Shown here: positions 13,927 through 27,939 of the stretch, in pieces | Position numbering within the stretch: position 1 is the first letter of the stretch | Layout of the letters: each line of letters begins with the position of its first letter | Source: Octopus vulgaris | Lineage: Eukaryota | Direction: 5' to 3' | Assembly (NCBI GenBank): GCA_951406725.2 | Contig: OX597822.1 | Location: 35,960,001-36,024,000 of the forward strand | DNA: 64,000 nucleotides | The notes under the pieces: model-generated | Told to the model about the DNA's origin: nothing | Databases searched by the model: none | Seen by the model: the letters and a program-made list of their open reading frames with translations, nothing else | Translations under genes and position numbers: made by a program

Positions 13927-15019
13927 CAATTTTATATTATCATTTTGTTTCAAGAGATATTACATCATATGTTTACCTTATGTTACACCACTATTTATGC
14001 AATAAATATTATTATATTCTTATTTATCCTGTTTTGGGTCAGCCTGACAATTTCTAGGTCATCATGACTGCAATATAATGAACTTAATGTATGAAAGAAA
14101 ATGCCTTCTTTGTCTCAACTATGAACTGTAAACCTAGAATTAATTACTCCACCATAAATTCCCTTTTGGGTCAATATTATATATATATTGTAATCAGTAC
14201 ACATAGTCTTTTGTAATTTCTAAATATATTTTGGTGGCTTTCTTTATCCTATTTTGGCATGCCTTTGTTGAGATGCCTTTGCTGAGATAGTCAGATCAAT
14301 TCTTTTATTATATATTCCAATTATGTTGATATACATTACATCACACTTCATATGACCTTTGATTGAAACATCTGTACTGTGGGTGCTTATATAAAGAAAC
14401 CTATATTAATTCTACATGTGCTTTATGTCATAGGTGTAAGTTACCGTTTATCGCAGGGAAGAGATGGTGGGGGACAAGGAAGTGCAAATCGCTTTGTCTC
14501 TTGAATGTTTGATTTCTGTGTCTTGACATCTGTTGTTTTCCATCAGGCTTGTTCCCTCAACAATTACATATCGCCACATTGGGTAGTCCTTGGCAATTGT
14601 CTCCCAGATATTTAGATCAATAGAGCAGCAGAGAAGTGTGACCTTGAGCTAGTCTCAGAAACAGAATTTGGTGGCTCCTCATGGTCTGGTGCTTGAGGCC
14701 AATTCTACAAAGAGGAGTCATAAATACCCCTGGCTTTTCTATATCACCCTTGGCCTGAACAGCCACCTCAGGCCCCAGCACCCTTTGCACCCTTCAAGAT
14801 GAAGTAGACCAATCACTGGCTACAGGTCTACTACTCAGATATGAGTTAATGCTGTCGATGATGATAAGTTATCCCCTTGGAAATGTCTACTTTGTTTACT
14901 GTTATTAGCAAGAGTGTGTAATGTTAAAAAAAATCCAAACTATGTACTTGAACTAGTTTACAGATAGTGTGTACCTTCTTTATATATAGAAGATTATATA
15001 ATATAAAAATTATATTTAG

Positions 15020-15437
15020 ATCGATGCCAGTGCTGCCTGACTGGTCTCATGCCAGTGGCACGTAAAAAGCACCATTCAAGTACGATCGTTGTCAGTGCTA
15101 CCTGACTGACTCCCATACTGGTGGCATGTAAAAAGCGCCATTCAAGTGTGGTCATTGCCAGTGCCGCCTCACTGGCTCCTGTGCTAGTGGCACATACAAA
15201 ACACCATTTGAGTGTGTTCATTGCCAGTGCTACCTGACTGGCTCCTGTGCCAGTGGAATGTAAAAAGCACCCACTACACTCTTGGAGTGGTTGGTGTTAG
15301 GAAAGGCATACAGCTGTAGAAACCTTGCCAAATCAGATTGGAGCCTAGTGCAGCCTTCTGGTTTGCCAGTCTTCAGTAAAACTGTCCAACCCATGCCAGC
15401 ATGGAAAACGAATGTTAAACGATGATGATGATGATTC
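15020..15437 (+). mobile_element. SINE-like family B (about 4 tandem units)
   Basis: Same 66-bp unit and 3' end. Other copies at ~3270-3470, 13045-13190, 23760-23958, 46430-46755, 47140-47372, 59540-59730, 63300-63562, and reverse at ~3860-4110, 5870-6160, 26140-26330, 28119-28335. Confidence 0.85.
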
Positions 15438-17736
15438 ATATAAATATCTTAATCCTTTTGTTACTAGATTTCGGTGGAGATACACTGACTTTGTTGAAAT
15501 TAAAAAACGAAAATAATAAAGAATTTAGTAAAATTAACATTTGTAAGTTTAATTGCATGGTTAAAAGGTCTGCTTCACAATGAAATTGTGGCAGCAATCA
15601 TTGTCGTCATTTAATGGGTGTTTGGGTGTTTGGAACTCAAATTAACTTGGAAAATTTAAATTCTAAGTTATGAATTTTCTATCAGAGAACAAAGTTAGGC
15701 TCAGACACTTTGGTATCAAAAGGGTTATGCTTGCATTGCATGCTTTGCTCTCATGTACAAAACACCATATAGCGGGTGGGTGACATTTGGGTGAAGAAAT
15801 CTAACTAATGGTGATAGGAATAGTCTACAGTTTTATTTATTCGCTCACCAATGCAGATAACTAACCACTTACTTGACATACAACACTCAACTAGTATTTA
15901 TTTTATTGGCCCTGAAAAAAAAACAGCTGCCAAGTAGACCTCAGTGAAATTTGAACTCAAAACGCAAAGGAAGCTCACTAAAAACTACGAGGTATTTTGT
16001 TTAGTGCCCCCACTAATTCAACCAATCCTGATAAGGACATGTGATATACATTTCACTTTTTAGCTTTTAAATAATCACTCCCATTAAATGCCCCAATTGT
16101 TACTAGCAGCAACAAAGAACTGACTGTAACTGTGATCTGGTTCCAGCTTATGTTAAAAAACTAAAATCAATGTGTTTGAATGAGATTTTCTGTGATTCAA
16201 ATATTTGTTGTTTGTTTTCCTCTTTTAGAGTCTATTTTGGTAAAAGTTTTCTTCTGTCTGCTATCCTCTCACAAGATTTTTACAAATGACAATCTGAAAA
16301 TGTTCTTTTTTTTTCTTTAAAGAAGTTTAAGGCTTTTAAATGTGGAAGACAAAATTGTTTATTGTTCACTTGTCTTCGCGTCTTTATATAAATGAATACT
16401 GCTGGAGGGTTTGCGCCAAATACTCCAGCACTGTTAATTTATATTATATTAAGCATCATCATCATCATTATCATTTTACAGCTGATTTCCATCCTGGCAT
16501 AGGATGGACAGATTGCTGCACTAAGACAGTTCTTATTCAGAGTTAGTACCCTGCTAGATGATCCCGAGAACGCGTACACCCACATATGTATATATACAGT
16601 AGGCTTCTTTCAGTTTCCATCAACCAGATCCACTCACATTGCTTTGGTTGACCCAGAGCTGTAGTAGACGATAATTTCTCATGGTGCCATGCAGTAGGCA
16701 TGAACTCAGAACAAGGTGATTGGAAAGCAAGCTTCTTCACCACACAGCCACGTCTGCACCTATGATAATAATGATGTCCTATTAAACATCATCATCGTTT
16801 TACAAATGATTTCCATTCTGACATAGGCTGGACAAGTTGTCACGCTCTAAGTCACCTCTTATTCAGTTACTGCCCTCTTAAGTTGTTCAGGGGACAATCT
16901 CTTGCTCATACATTTTGTTTTGACTAGGTTTTTACAAGTGGATGCCATTCTTAACACTGCACATAACAGAATGTTGGTACCATGATAAAATGTGAACTTT
17001 GTCATGGTACCAGCACAAAAGAGGTAGTCATACCTTGTCATATCCTCAGTCTGGTTAAAGAACCATTTTGATTTTACTCTGTTTGTCTTCATTCTACAAC
17101 CACTTGACAGTGTACTGCTTGGTGCATTTTATCTTAGCACCCACACTAATGAGATTGCTTTGTATCCTGCAAAACTAAAATATCCTCATTGAAGTATCCT
17201 CTATGTTGCCTTTGTTCGTTTAGAAGCAATGTGACCATAGTTGTAGAAAAGAATCCTGACATTTCAGAGAGGAAAAATTTTAAAAAAAGGAAAACATTTT
17301 CTCTCTCATACAAAAGGTCAACCCTGGAAACACCAGCAAACTCTTCTTCCCTCAACATACAAATTAACCCATCAAAATTTATAAACATTCCAACTAACTT
17401 TTGTTTTACTTGCAAAGTTATTCTTTTTTAAGAGACCAGTGACATATTTACCACTTGTAAAATACATGTCATAATCAGGCAACTGATTAATGAGATCTGC
17501 TTGTGGTTTTAATCTTTTAAGTTAAAAATCTTGATGTAATGTCGAAGAGAATACTGAGATTTCAGGACTGAATCAAGGAGAGAAAAAGAAAGATAAACTG
17601 TTTTTCTCTCGTACAAATGCAAAAGATGCACCCAGCTTCTTTTTATGTATAGCCTAATTTGCATATTTTTTGCTTTTGACTTGTCAACATTATCTTTTTT
17701 CTTCAATATAGGGGAACACGATTTTGCCCCAAAAAG

Positions 17737-17950
17737 GGCGATGAGCTGGCAGAATTGTTAGCACGCCGGGTGAAATGCTTAGCAGTATTTCGTCTGCCGT
17801 TACATTCTGAGTTCAAACTCCGCTGAGGTTGACTTTGCCTTTCATCCTTTCGGGGTTGGTAAATTAGGTTCCAGTTACACACTGGGGATCGATGTCTGCC
17901 CTCGTTTATCCCCTCTATGTTTAGCACCCCTGTGGGAAATAAAGAAATAA
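17737..17950 (+). mobile_element. tRNA-derived SINE family C
   Basis: Head ggcgatgagctggcagaattgttagc, B-box gagttcaaactcc, central gactttgcctttcatcctttcgggg block. Reverse copies at ~24515-24730, 30262-30475, 45437-45630, 49270-49470, 49729-49925, 63612-63835, often beside (TAA)n. Confidence 0.82.
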
Positions 17951-18094
17951 ATGTTATCTTTTACTTGTTTAAGTCATTAGACTGGCCATGCTGGGGTGCC
18001 ACCTTAAAGAACTTGTAGTCAAACGAATCAGCCCCAGTACCTATTTTGTGGGTTTTTTATACTTACTTTATCTTTCAAAATTAAGATTAACAAA

Positions 18095-18490
18095 GCAGGA
18101 GTGGCTGTGTGGTAAGTAGCTTGCTAACCAGCCACATGGTTCCGGGTTCAGTCCCACTGTGTGGCATCTTGGGCAAGTGTCCTCTGCTATAGCCCCGGGC
18201 TGACCAATGCCTTGTGAGTGGATTTGGTAGACGGAAACTGAAAGAAGCCTGTCGTATATATGTATATATAAATGTTTGTGTGTCTGTGTTTGTCCCCCTA
18301 GCATTGCTTGACAACCGATGCTGGTGTGTTTACGTCCCCGTCACTTAGCGGTTCGGCAAAAGAGACCGATAGAATAAGTACTGGGCTTACAAAGAATAAG
18401 TCCCGGGGTCGATTTGCTCGACTAAAGGCGGTGCTCCAGCATGGCCGCAGTCAAATGACTGAAACAAGTAAAAGAGTAAAAGAGAGTAAA
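18095..18490 (+). mobile_element. tRNA-derived SINE family A, full length
   Basis: A-box (gtggctgtgtggtaag) and B-box (gggttcagtccc) head, central TA/TG microsatellite, (AAAGAGT)n tail. Possible TSD AAAGCA (18092-97/18488-93). Many copies in the window. Confidence 0.9.
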
Positions 18491-18493
18491 GCA

Positions 18494-19333
18494 TTTTTTA
18501 AATCAGAAATATACCCTCCTTCATTTTCTACAATGCTCTTCCATCTATCTGGTAGAGTTGCAAGGCCTATCTTCCAAAATTCACTTGTCCATGATGAAGA
18601 CTACTCCTCTGGTACTGTTCTGACCTCGTCTACATAATTCATACTGTTCCTGTACAAATGATTTTGAAGACTGTGGAATAAACGATAATCAGATGGGGCA
18701 ATGTCCGGCGAATATGGTGGATCGGACATTGTTTTCCATTCAAACTGTTCCGGCCTTTGGAATATCATCCTCATTGTATGTGGTCGAGCATTATCCTGAT
18801 GGAAGAACACCTTTCATCTTGAAACCAAAGATGGTCATTTTTCCAACAGCATGCAGGTATCAATGAATGGTTGAATGCCCAAATCCAAGCTTCTCTGCTA
18901 GTTCCTCAACAGTCAATGGGATTTTGTTCCACCGGAGTTTGCAGCACATCTTCGTCAAGCTCTACAGATCTTCCAAGACAAGGCTCGCCTTCTAGGCTGT
19001 AGTTTCCAACTCAGAATTTCTGGAACCGCCAATGACACTGGTTTATGCTTATTGTCTAGTCCCCATATACTGCATTAATATTCCTCGCACTTTCCATTGT
19101 GTTGTTGCCTTTATTAAATTCATAAAGCAAAATATGCCGAATATTCTCCTTTGTTATTTCCATTATAGCTTTGAAAAATTAACTGCACTCTTCAAAACAT
19201 GCACTAAGAATAAGGCCACGGTAAAATTACTGCCTACTTTTATAGTAAGTTGATGCAGGCAGTTTATCCCTTCCCCCTCTGATTTTTAGTTTATGCAATT
19301 GAACAAACCGCATTATTTATGGGATGATCCAAT
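18494..19333 (-). mobile_element. Degenerate mariner (DD34D) transposon
   Basis: Minus-strand HQDNARPH...PPYSPDIAPSDYRLF and C-terminal LPDRWKSIVENEGGY. TIR-like end ccgcattatttatgggatgatccaat at ~19308-19333. The other end is interrupted by a SINE. Confidence 0.88.
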
Positions 19334-20173
19334 TTTTTTTTACTTGTTTCAGTCATTGGACTGTCGCCGTGTTGGGTCACCATCTTAAAGTGTTTAGTTG
19401 AATAAATTGACGTCAGTACTTATCTTTTTGAAGTTTGGTACTTATATTCTGTTGGTCTCTTTTGCCAAACTACTAAGTTATGAGAGTATAAACAAACCAA
19501 CACTAGTTGTGGGGGCAGTAAAACACAAATGCAAAGACACATGTATATCACCCCATCATGCACACACACACATATACATGCAATTATATATACATACATA
19601 CATATGTAGAAAGAGAGAGAGAGGATTCCACTGTTTCCATATATGAAATTCACTCACAAGGCATTCTTCATATGCATTCATGTCCATACCATCACAGTCC
19701 TCTTTTTTGTACTATACAGCAAATAAATCTGTCTAATTTTTATTGTCAGTACATTTGTGCCCTTTCTTTCATGCACATTGACATTACACATCCAGCCATG
19801 TTTCTTTGACTCATTTCTTTACAACCTTCCCATTATCCTCCACATTCATCACTTCATATCTAACATACAATTTTACACTTTATCTGCTACACCATGGGGC
19901 TATTATGGAAGACACCTGCCCAAGGTGCCACATATTAAGATCAAACTCAGATCCATATGATTGCAGCAGAACTTGCTAATCACACACAGACCTGCCTGCA
20001 CCCACACAGCCAAGTTAGCTCTGGTCGTGGCCTTTCATATGATGAATACATCAACTGAAGGTTCTTGCCAAGATTTATTGTGATATCATGTTGTTTTCTA
20101 TTTTTTTTCTTTAGTGTGGAATGGGCATGTACATAAATTTATACATAAATATTTTTCTTTCTATCTTTTGTAG

Positions 20174-20879
20174 CTAATAGCCAGATTGCTTCAGAAGAAG
20201 AATTGGACAGTGTTATCAATCTGTTGTCTGGTAGCGTAAACCTGTCCCAGCAACCAACAATGCATGTACCAAACCAACTACAGCTGTCTCCTTTACATCA
20301 ATCTTCCACTACGGGAACGAGTAACTCTATGTTTAGCTCTTTGGTCAGCTCCCCTGATATGGACGATCCACAAAAATTTTACAAAGGCAACAACGCCCAT
20401 CGGCGTTCTGAGGGTTCTTTGGATTTATCTGGAATGGCAAGTTTAGTAGGTGGCAGTAACAATGGTTGTATAGGTGGTGGTGGTGGTGGTGGTAGTAGTG
20501 GAGGTGGTGGTGGTGGTAATGGTGGTGGTAATGGTGGAGGTGGTGGTGGTGGTGTCAGAAGTGGTGGACGAAATACTTGGCCACACCCTGGTTACCACCA
20601 TCGCTCAAGTTTGCCAGCTGGCCCGTTGGGCTCCCAAAATCCTCTGAACTACGAGCAACGTGAGGATTATTCTCGGATGCTTCATTCAAACAATTCTTTG
20701 GATCAACGTAACCATATAAATGATGTTTACCTTCCGCCAGTCAGCCAGTCACAGGAGGTTCGATCAGGACTTTATTCATTGCCTGGTAGCAGTCATTTTA
20801 TATCCAATCCAGATTGGACGTTTCCTGACACAAAACTCAACAGAACTTGGCCAGTGTCAAGTATTAGTACTGGAGGCGG
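20174..20879 (+). CDS. Coding exon 3 (ASEEELDSVINLLSG helix, poly-Gly tract, two TWP motifs)
   Basis: Acceptor ttttgtag|CT AAT AGC completes the phase-1 codon (T+CT=Ser) and joins the 226-aa ORF frame. Donor GGCGG|GTAAGT at 20879/20880, phase 2. Confidence 0.9.
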
Positions 20880-21553
20880 GTAAGTTTCTCATTCTTTCTT
20901 TATATATTTATCTCTTTTTCTGCTCATATAAACTGTTGAATGTGCAATATTTACTTACTTGCATGAAAGATGGACTACAACTAAAATGAGAAAGCATCTG
21001 TTAATCTTAAGCTGTATAGCCCCAGGTTGGTCCTGACCATCAAGCCAATTATTATCAAACATGTTCTGGCTATGAGTATCTTTTGTGTTTTTTTTTTATT
21101 GCATTTTTTTTTTTCAGATAACTTATTTATCTAGGACTACATTAAGCAATGTATACTTTCATTTTTTTTTTTTTAAGATAGTAATATGTGATTTAAAGGA
21201 GATTTGGGTGTTATGTCCAGCAACATGTACATTAGGAAATTTTGGAGTACATGTATGCTGAGAAAAATAAGGTATTTTTAATGTCTGATTCATGCAGCTT
21301 GAATTAAAATAAATTAAAAATGAAAGGTTTGGCCCTTTTGTTACCATATTCCTGTGGAAAGACATTACAGTTACTGCAGTTAATTTTGAAAACAATTAAG
21401 AATTTAGTTAGATAACTTTGTTGTTATCAAACAAGTATTTAAAGCATAAATTAACATAGAATCTTTATGGAAAGCATTAATTTTGATTGCTTTGAAACAG
21501 GAAGTTTGTATCATAGGGTTGATCAGAGGTGGGTTGGTCATATTGGCTTTTAA

Positions 21554-21774
21554 CCCTTTCGTGACTGTATTTCTGTTGAGATGCTCTGTGTTTCTTTCAA
21601 TTGATTTTAAATATAACAAAGAATGTAGTAAAATAATTTAGTCATCATTAAGCTAGTGTTAGGAACATAAATTGTGGCTAAGGTTTAATAGAAGATTTTA
21701 ATTCAAATCTTATGGAAAAAGACATTTGTACTACAGAGCCAGAGCCGGTTTCAGCCGGGCTGGTAACGAAAGGG
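21554..21774. mobile_element. piggyBac-like MITE family A (~220 bp)
   Basis: TTAA|CCCTTTCGTGAC ... GTAACGAAAGGG|TTAA. Close copy at 24159-24376. Older copies at ~2420-2640, 15450-15725, 21330-21545, 55200-55600, 61125-61320. Confidence 0.8.
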
Positions 21775-24158
21775 TTAAAGCTGTTGTCAGTAGGCAGGCT
21801 CAAATTAGAAGGCAGTGAAATTTTACCAGTAGGCAAAGAATTACTCGTCTTTGGAATAAAAGTTCTTTCATTGGTTCATAGCTAAGTGTTTTAGAGATGC
21901 TGGGTTGCTGACTATTGTGGATCTCTAATATATACAAGTGAACACTGCCAGTTAAGAAAGTATTTGCTGATAACGAACAGTACTAATGACATGGGCAGAC
22001 TACGGAAGTCACAAGAAGAAATTGTGGTTTCTAACCTATGGATGTGGAAGCTCACAGGTACAATGACATAGGCACATTGAGGAGTGTTGATATGCCAAAC
22101 TGCTTTGCCAACTAGCTCTTGGTCAGCATGGCATGACACTAACACCAGAGAGGTAGTCATGTTTTCAGTGTGACTGAAGGAACTTCACAACTCTAGTCTC
22201 TACTTGCTCATTGACCTTTTTATCAGAAGAGTGGCAACAATAAATGATGTTGCCTCTGTGAGTGTGTGTATTGAAATAATGTTCATGTCCTGGAAAAATA
22301 TATTCATGAAATTCAAAGAAATATTCCTGATGAAATGAAATCATCACATTCAGCCAAATTATGTATTAATTATGTAGTTGATGGTATTTTCACCTTAGTC
22401 ATGGAAACAGCTGTAGAGCAAAACAAATGAAATTTTTGAGATATCATGGGAATCATTTGTTTTCCTTACATGCATATCATCTGTTATAATCTGAAAAGTT
22501 ATCATATAACAAGTTTTAGTGAAATAATTTTAACAATTACCTTCAAGTACAAACTAACCTATGAAGTCAGTTTGCCATGTAAAATCCAGATTATATATTC
22601 TGTTTGTAATGGGAGTGAATAGACAATCTGTATTTTCAGATCAGTTTAAGAGTTTCTTTACACTATTTTGTTGTGCTTAGTCCAAGACTCTGCCAGATCA
22701 TTCCAGGCAATGGTTCTCAAACTGTAAAATACCAAGCCCTTTCCCTACCCATATTAATGGAATTTGTTGCACCTCTTTCCCCTCCACCCCTGCCACTTTT
22801 ATTTTATTTGTGAGAAAATAAAACAGAATTTGCCTCCAAGTAATTCTTCTTTCTTTGCCATGTTGTTGGAAAAGAATTAAACAAGTTTAAAATAAAACCA
22901 CCCTTAATTAATTGTGACAGATAGTCAGAGCCCTGTCTCCTCCCTTTCCATTCCTCACAGCCCCACTCCCACCTCCCACATGGCAAATAATGATTCAAGA
23001 GACTGTAATACTTAGAAAAGTTCCTTTATTAAGCAAGTGTTACTACTATTGAGCAGTTTTGTTGCTAAGCAAGCAAATGCTGTTGCTATTCAAGCAAATA
23101 TTGTTGCAAACCAAAAGAATGTTTTTTGTTGTTGCTAAACGAGGAAATATTATTGTTGCTAAGCTAATGAATGTTTTTGTTTTTTTGTCTCTTTTGCTTT
23201 TTTTTCTTCCTGTCATTAAGCTGGGAATCATTGTGGTAAATGTTGTTGTTGTTGTTTGCGAAACTCAAAAAGAAAAAAAAATATCTAATTCTTTATGCGC
23301 TGTGGCAGTTTTTATTCATACCTCCCATGTTGGTATATTGAATGATGCACAAAAGAACTTGTCTCATTAACAAAAAGTGTTGCTGTTATTACTATCTGTT
23401 CTTTAAGATTTGCATGTTATTAAGTGCAGTGTTCTACATCTACAACAATATATATGGATTAATAGTTGATAATATGGATACACAAGGGATAAATGGTGAT
23501 ATTTGGATGAACAAAACTAATATATATAAAATACAAATTTGGGGTCATCCCTGGAAGACTTCACTATATGCACCTCCCTGTAACTTGGATGTTTGACCCT
23601 TGCTCCCTCCTTGTCCCATCTTTACCATCTTTCTTTCCTCTCTTTCTCCATCTGAGATAGCCATATTTATCTTCTAATGCAAGACACCTTTTCTTTCTCT
23701 TAGTACTACTCACTCCACCAAGGTGAAGGGGTCTTGTCCTGCAAGTTATTTGGTGACCTCACTGATGCTGGTGCCATGTAAAGAGCACCCAGTACACTCT
23801 GTAAAGTGGTTGGCATTAGTAAGGGCTGGAAGAAATGTGTCTAAGAAACCATGCCAAAACACACAGCAGAGCTAGATGCAGTCTTCTGACTTGCTAGCTT
23901 TTGTCAAACAGTCTTGCCCATGCCAGCATGGAAAACAAACATTTAAATGATGATGATGAAATAGGCTTAAAAAAAAGAAAAGAAAGAATATGAGTCTCTG
24001 GAAGCAATGTCGAAATTGAAATAAGGAAGCAAATAAACTTGCTAATTTTGGCTCTAGGTCTGCAGTTTTGAGGGGTCGGTCAATTACATTGACCCTATTT
24101 GCCCAACTAACTGACTCTGAAAGAATGAAAAACATTGCAGACCTTGGTGGAATTTTAA

Positions 24159-24376
24159 CCCTTTCGTTACTGTATTTATTTTGAGATGCTCTGTGTTTCT
24201 TTCAATTACTTTAAATATAACAAAAAATTTAGTGAAATAACTTAGTTATCATTCAGCTAGTTTTAGGAACATAAATTGTGACTAAGGTTTGGTGGAAGAT
24301 TTTAATTCAAAACTTATGAAAACAAGACATTTGTACTCAGAGCGAGCCGGTTTCAGCTGGGTTGGTGATGAACGGG
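24159..24376. mobile_element. piggyBac-like MITE family A copy inserted in a family C SINE
   Basis: TTAA|CCCTTTCGTTAC start and near-identical body to 21554-21774. SINE halves lie on either side (~24040-24155, ~24381-24440). Confidence 0.75.
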
Positions 24377-25924
24377 CTAAATTTCTAGCTTAAAGAGCTG
24401 GAAGAAATGTGTCTAAGAATTTTGTCCCATGTGCTAATAATAATAATAATAATAATAATAATGTGTTCATTCAGTTGATATTTTTAATGTAGGAAAGACC
24501 AACTAAAAATATTGTTTCAAATTTTAGTACAAGGCCAGCAATTTCATTTAAGGGTTAAGCCAATAACATCAATCCCAGTACATTACTGGTACTTTTTCTA
24601 ATCTCCCCCATCCCACCCAGAATGAAAGACAAGGTCAAGTTCAGTAGAATTTGAACTCAGACCATAAAGATGGAATAAATGGTGCTAAGCATTTTGCCCA
24701 GTGTGCCACCGATTTTGCTAGCTCACCACATTTGACCAACTAAAATTATTAACCTGTAATTTGTACACCTTTTTTGAATTTTTTTTTTTTACCACAATTG
24801 GTCATGCTCTTCTTTGTATTGTTCACAGTTTTATTGACAAAAATTGCATCTTCAGTAGCCGGATATATATTTAAATATTTTACTTTACTTTATTTACACA
24901 GTTAGTTATAAGATACATATGTGTGTATGCATGTATGAGCACATGTGTGTGTGTCCAGAGAGACAGACAGACAGACAGACATTCCAATAAACTATATGTT
25001 GATCTATGTTGTTGCTGAGTCAACGTGTTAATAAATACATTCAACGCCCACACTATGTGTTGAGTGCTATTCTCTTTCCTTTGTGCACCAACACAGACAC
25101 ACACACATGTCTTTTTTATTAATAGTCAGCAGAATCTGCTGAGTGACTCAAGTGCCAACACTGAAAACTCTTCACCCTTGAGTTATTCTGTAACTTCTGC
25201 CAATAATTAATAAAAAAAGATTTAGTATATCTTTATGTTTTGAGCTCTGTTTTCCAGTTTGCATTATCAAACACACACACATGTGTTTGTGTGTGAATGT
25301 CCTTAACATCATACACACACACACGTGCATGTGTGTGTGTGTGGTGTTAAGGACATTCAACTTTAAAAAGCATGACAAAGCAGACAGTGGAGCTTGGTGC
25401 AGTCCTGTGGTTTACCAGCTCTTGTCAAACCCTAACCGTCTAGCCGATGCCTCCATAGAAGACAGACATTAAACGATGATGATTCACATGTATGTATGTA
25501 GCAGCAGCAGTTGTGTTGTTGAGACAGTCACTTCCCAACCATGTGGTTTCAGGAGCTGTCTCACTACTGAGCACCTTGGGCAAGAGTCTTCAACTATAGC
25601 CCCAGTCAAAGCAAACCCTTTGGTCGCCAGAAAGTGAAATGTATGCATATAAAACATTTTATACATATATCAATACATACATAAGTACGTGTGTAAGTGT
25701 GTGTGTTTGTTTACATCTGCACTCACTTATACAAAAGTGCAGCAGATGGTGATTTTTGTCATCTTGTCCTGTTAACAGATATTCTGAATAGTTTGCGCCA
25801 TCAAAGCCTTGTAAAGGAATTGCATCCAGCTGTAAAACAATGTTTCAAATAACACATTTAGCCAAACCATACCAATATGGAATATAGACAAAAAAGATTA
25901 ACAAATATATATATATAAAGAGTG

Positions 25925-26125
25925 GGGGTGGGGCTGAAAAGATCCTGGCTTGAAGGGTATCTCAAACAACCTGGCTGGAGGCCCAACTTTCTGAGTTCTT
26001 TTAAAGGGCTTAGAAAAACTGAAGAACTGCTGCAATAAACGTTTGAATCTGAGAGGGGAATAATTAATTGATCCTCCTCTATTTTCTTTTACCCAAAGCC
26101 AGGAACTTTTCAGCACCCCTTCATA
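25925..26125 (+). mobile_element. Mariner-derived MITE
   Basis: Inverted ends gctgaaaagatcctggctt / aagccaggaacttttcagc. Interior reads KGLEKLKNCCNKRLNLRGE*, resembling a mariner transposase C-terminus. Confidence 0.65.
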
Positions 26126-26355
26126 TATACACACATTTATCATCATTTAATGTCTGTTTTTCATACTGGCATGGTTGGACGGTTTGACAGGAGCTGGCAC
26201 GCCAAAGAGCTGCACCAGGCTCCATTTGTCAGTTTTGGCATGGTTTCTATGGTTAAATGCCCTTCCTAACACCAACCACTTTATAAACTGTACTGGGTGC
26301 TTTTTTACATGGCACTATTACCAGTGCAGGTGCTCTATAGGTGACACTAGCATAC

Positions 26356-26393
<38 letters not shown>

Positions 26394-26549
26394 TCTTTTA
26401 CTTGTTTCAGTCATTTGACTGTGCCCATGCTGGAGCACAGCCTTTAGTCAGACAAATCGACACCATGACTTATGCTTTGTAAGCCTAGTACTTATTCTAT
26501 TGGTCCCTTTTGCCGAACTGCTAAGTTACAGGGGACGTAAACACACCAT

Positions 26550-26602
<53 letters not shown>

Positions 26603-26775
26603 CGATGGGCTTCTTTCAGTTTCTGTCTACCAAGCCCACTCACAAGGCTTTGGTTGGCCTGAGGCTATTGTAGAAGACACTTGCCCAAGGTGCCACACAG
26701 TAGTACTGAACCTAGAATTATGTGGTTGGTAAGCAAGCTACTTGCCACAGCCACTCCTGTGCATATATATGTGTG

Positions 26776-26811
<36 letters not shown>

Positions 26812-26827
26812 ACATATATGCATACAT

Positions 26828-26877
<50 letters not shown>

Positions 26878-27047
26878 ATATATATACATATATAATATAT
26901 ATATTAATGGAATTCCAAACATTAATGGAATTTGTAGTTTTGTGGTACCAGTGCCGGTGGCACATACGAAAACCATCCGAATGTGGCCGTAGCCAGTACC
27001 GCATTGACTGGCCTCCATGCCGGTGGCACGTAAAAAACACCATCCGA

Positions 27048-27081
<34 letters not shown>

Positions 27082-27939
27082 ACATGCATATATTTACATT
27101 TATATGTGTATAGATATGTGTGTGTGCATAAATATGTATCCACACAAACACACACACATATATATTATACTCAGGACATTGAGTAGTCCTTCATTTCAGT
27201 TAATGAATACAAACATTCTTGTTCTGTTTAAATTTCATGTAACAGTACAAGTTATGAAATTTGAATTTGCTGGTTATAATTTGATACACTACTTTCAATG
27301 TCAGCTACTCTCGTTCCCCTTTCTGGTCAATATGGTTTTCCTTGCTTTCAAATGTGTTCATGTGTGTGATATTAGAATTCCTAAACATACATTTAGTAAA
27401 AACTAATATCCGGTTCACTTACAGTATACCAATCCTGTTATTGCTTACTCACACATACACCTTTTGATTTACAAAAGACAAAAAAAGAACATTGTCTATT
27501 GCTAGGTTTTGTTTTTGTTTTTTGTTTGTGTCTCCTAAATATTTTCAGCAACAATAATTAAAATTTAAAGCTAATTTCTGTTAGTGACCATCTTACTAAA
27601 ATCACTGAGATCCTTCTGTAATTAAATCATAAGTTTGTTTACCTGCACCCAATTAATACTGTTCTGTTGTATATAATCCTTTAGAGCCAGTTCCAAACTT
27701 TCATTTTGATCAAAATTATTTGAAGTTTCTCAAGAACTATTAACAACTGTTCCTATTCTTGTGTGAGAGGCTTAATTTATCACCTGGTGTTTAACAATAC
27801 TACCTGGCTTTTAGGTACCTTTAACAGACTTCAATCTTTTGAATGCTTGCAACAGATTGAAGCCAGATCTCTGGTTTAAGGGTAAGACCCTCCTATCACA
27901 AAGTGAGACAACTGGACACAGCTGTTTGGACACTAGAGA

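Noticed and set aside
18601-18810. Active mariner or SETMAR-like host gene
   Set aside because: Short frame-broken fragment with no SET domain or splice support; treated as a transposon relic.
26681-27406. Cluster of 60-140 aa ORFs (similar ones at 5397-5691, 13342-13895, 60068-60369)
   Set aside because: Translations of (TA)n/(CA)n microsatellites and SINE bodies.
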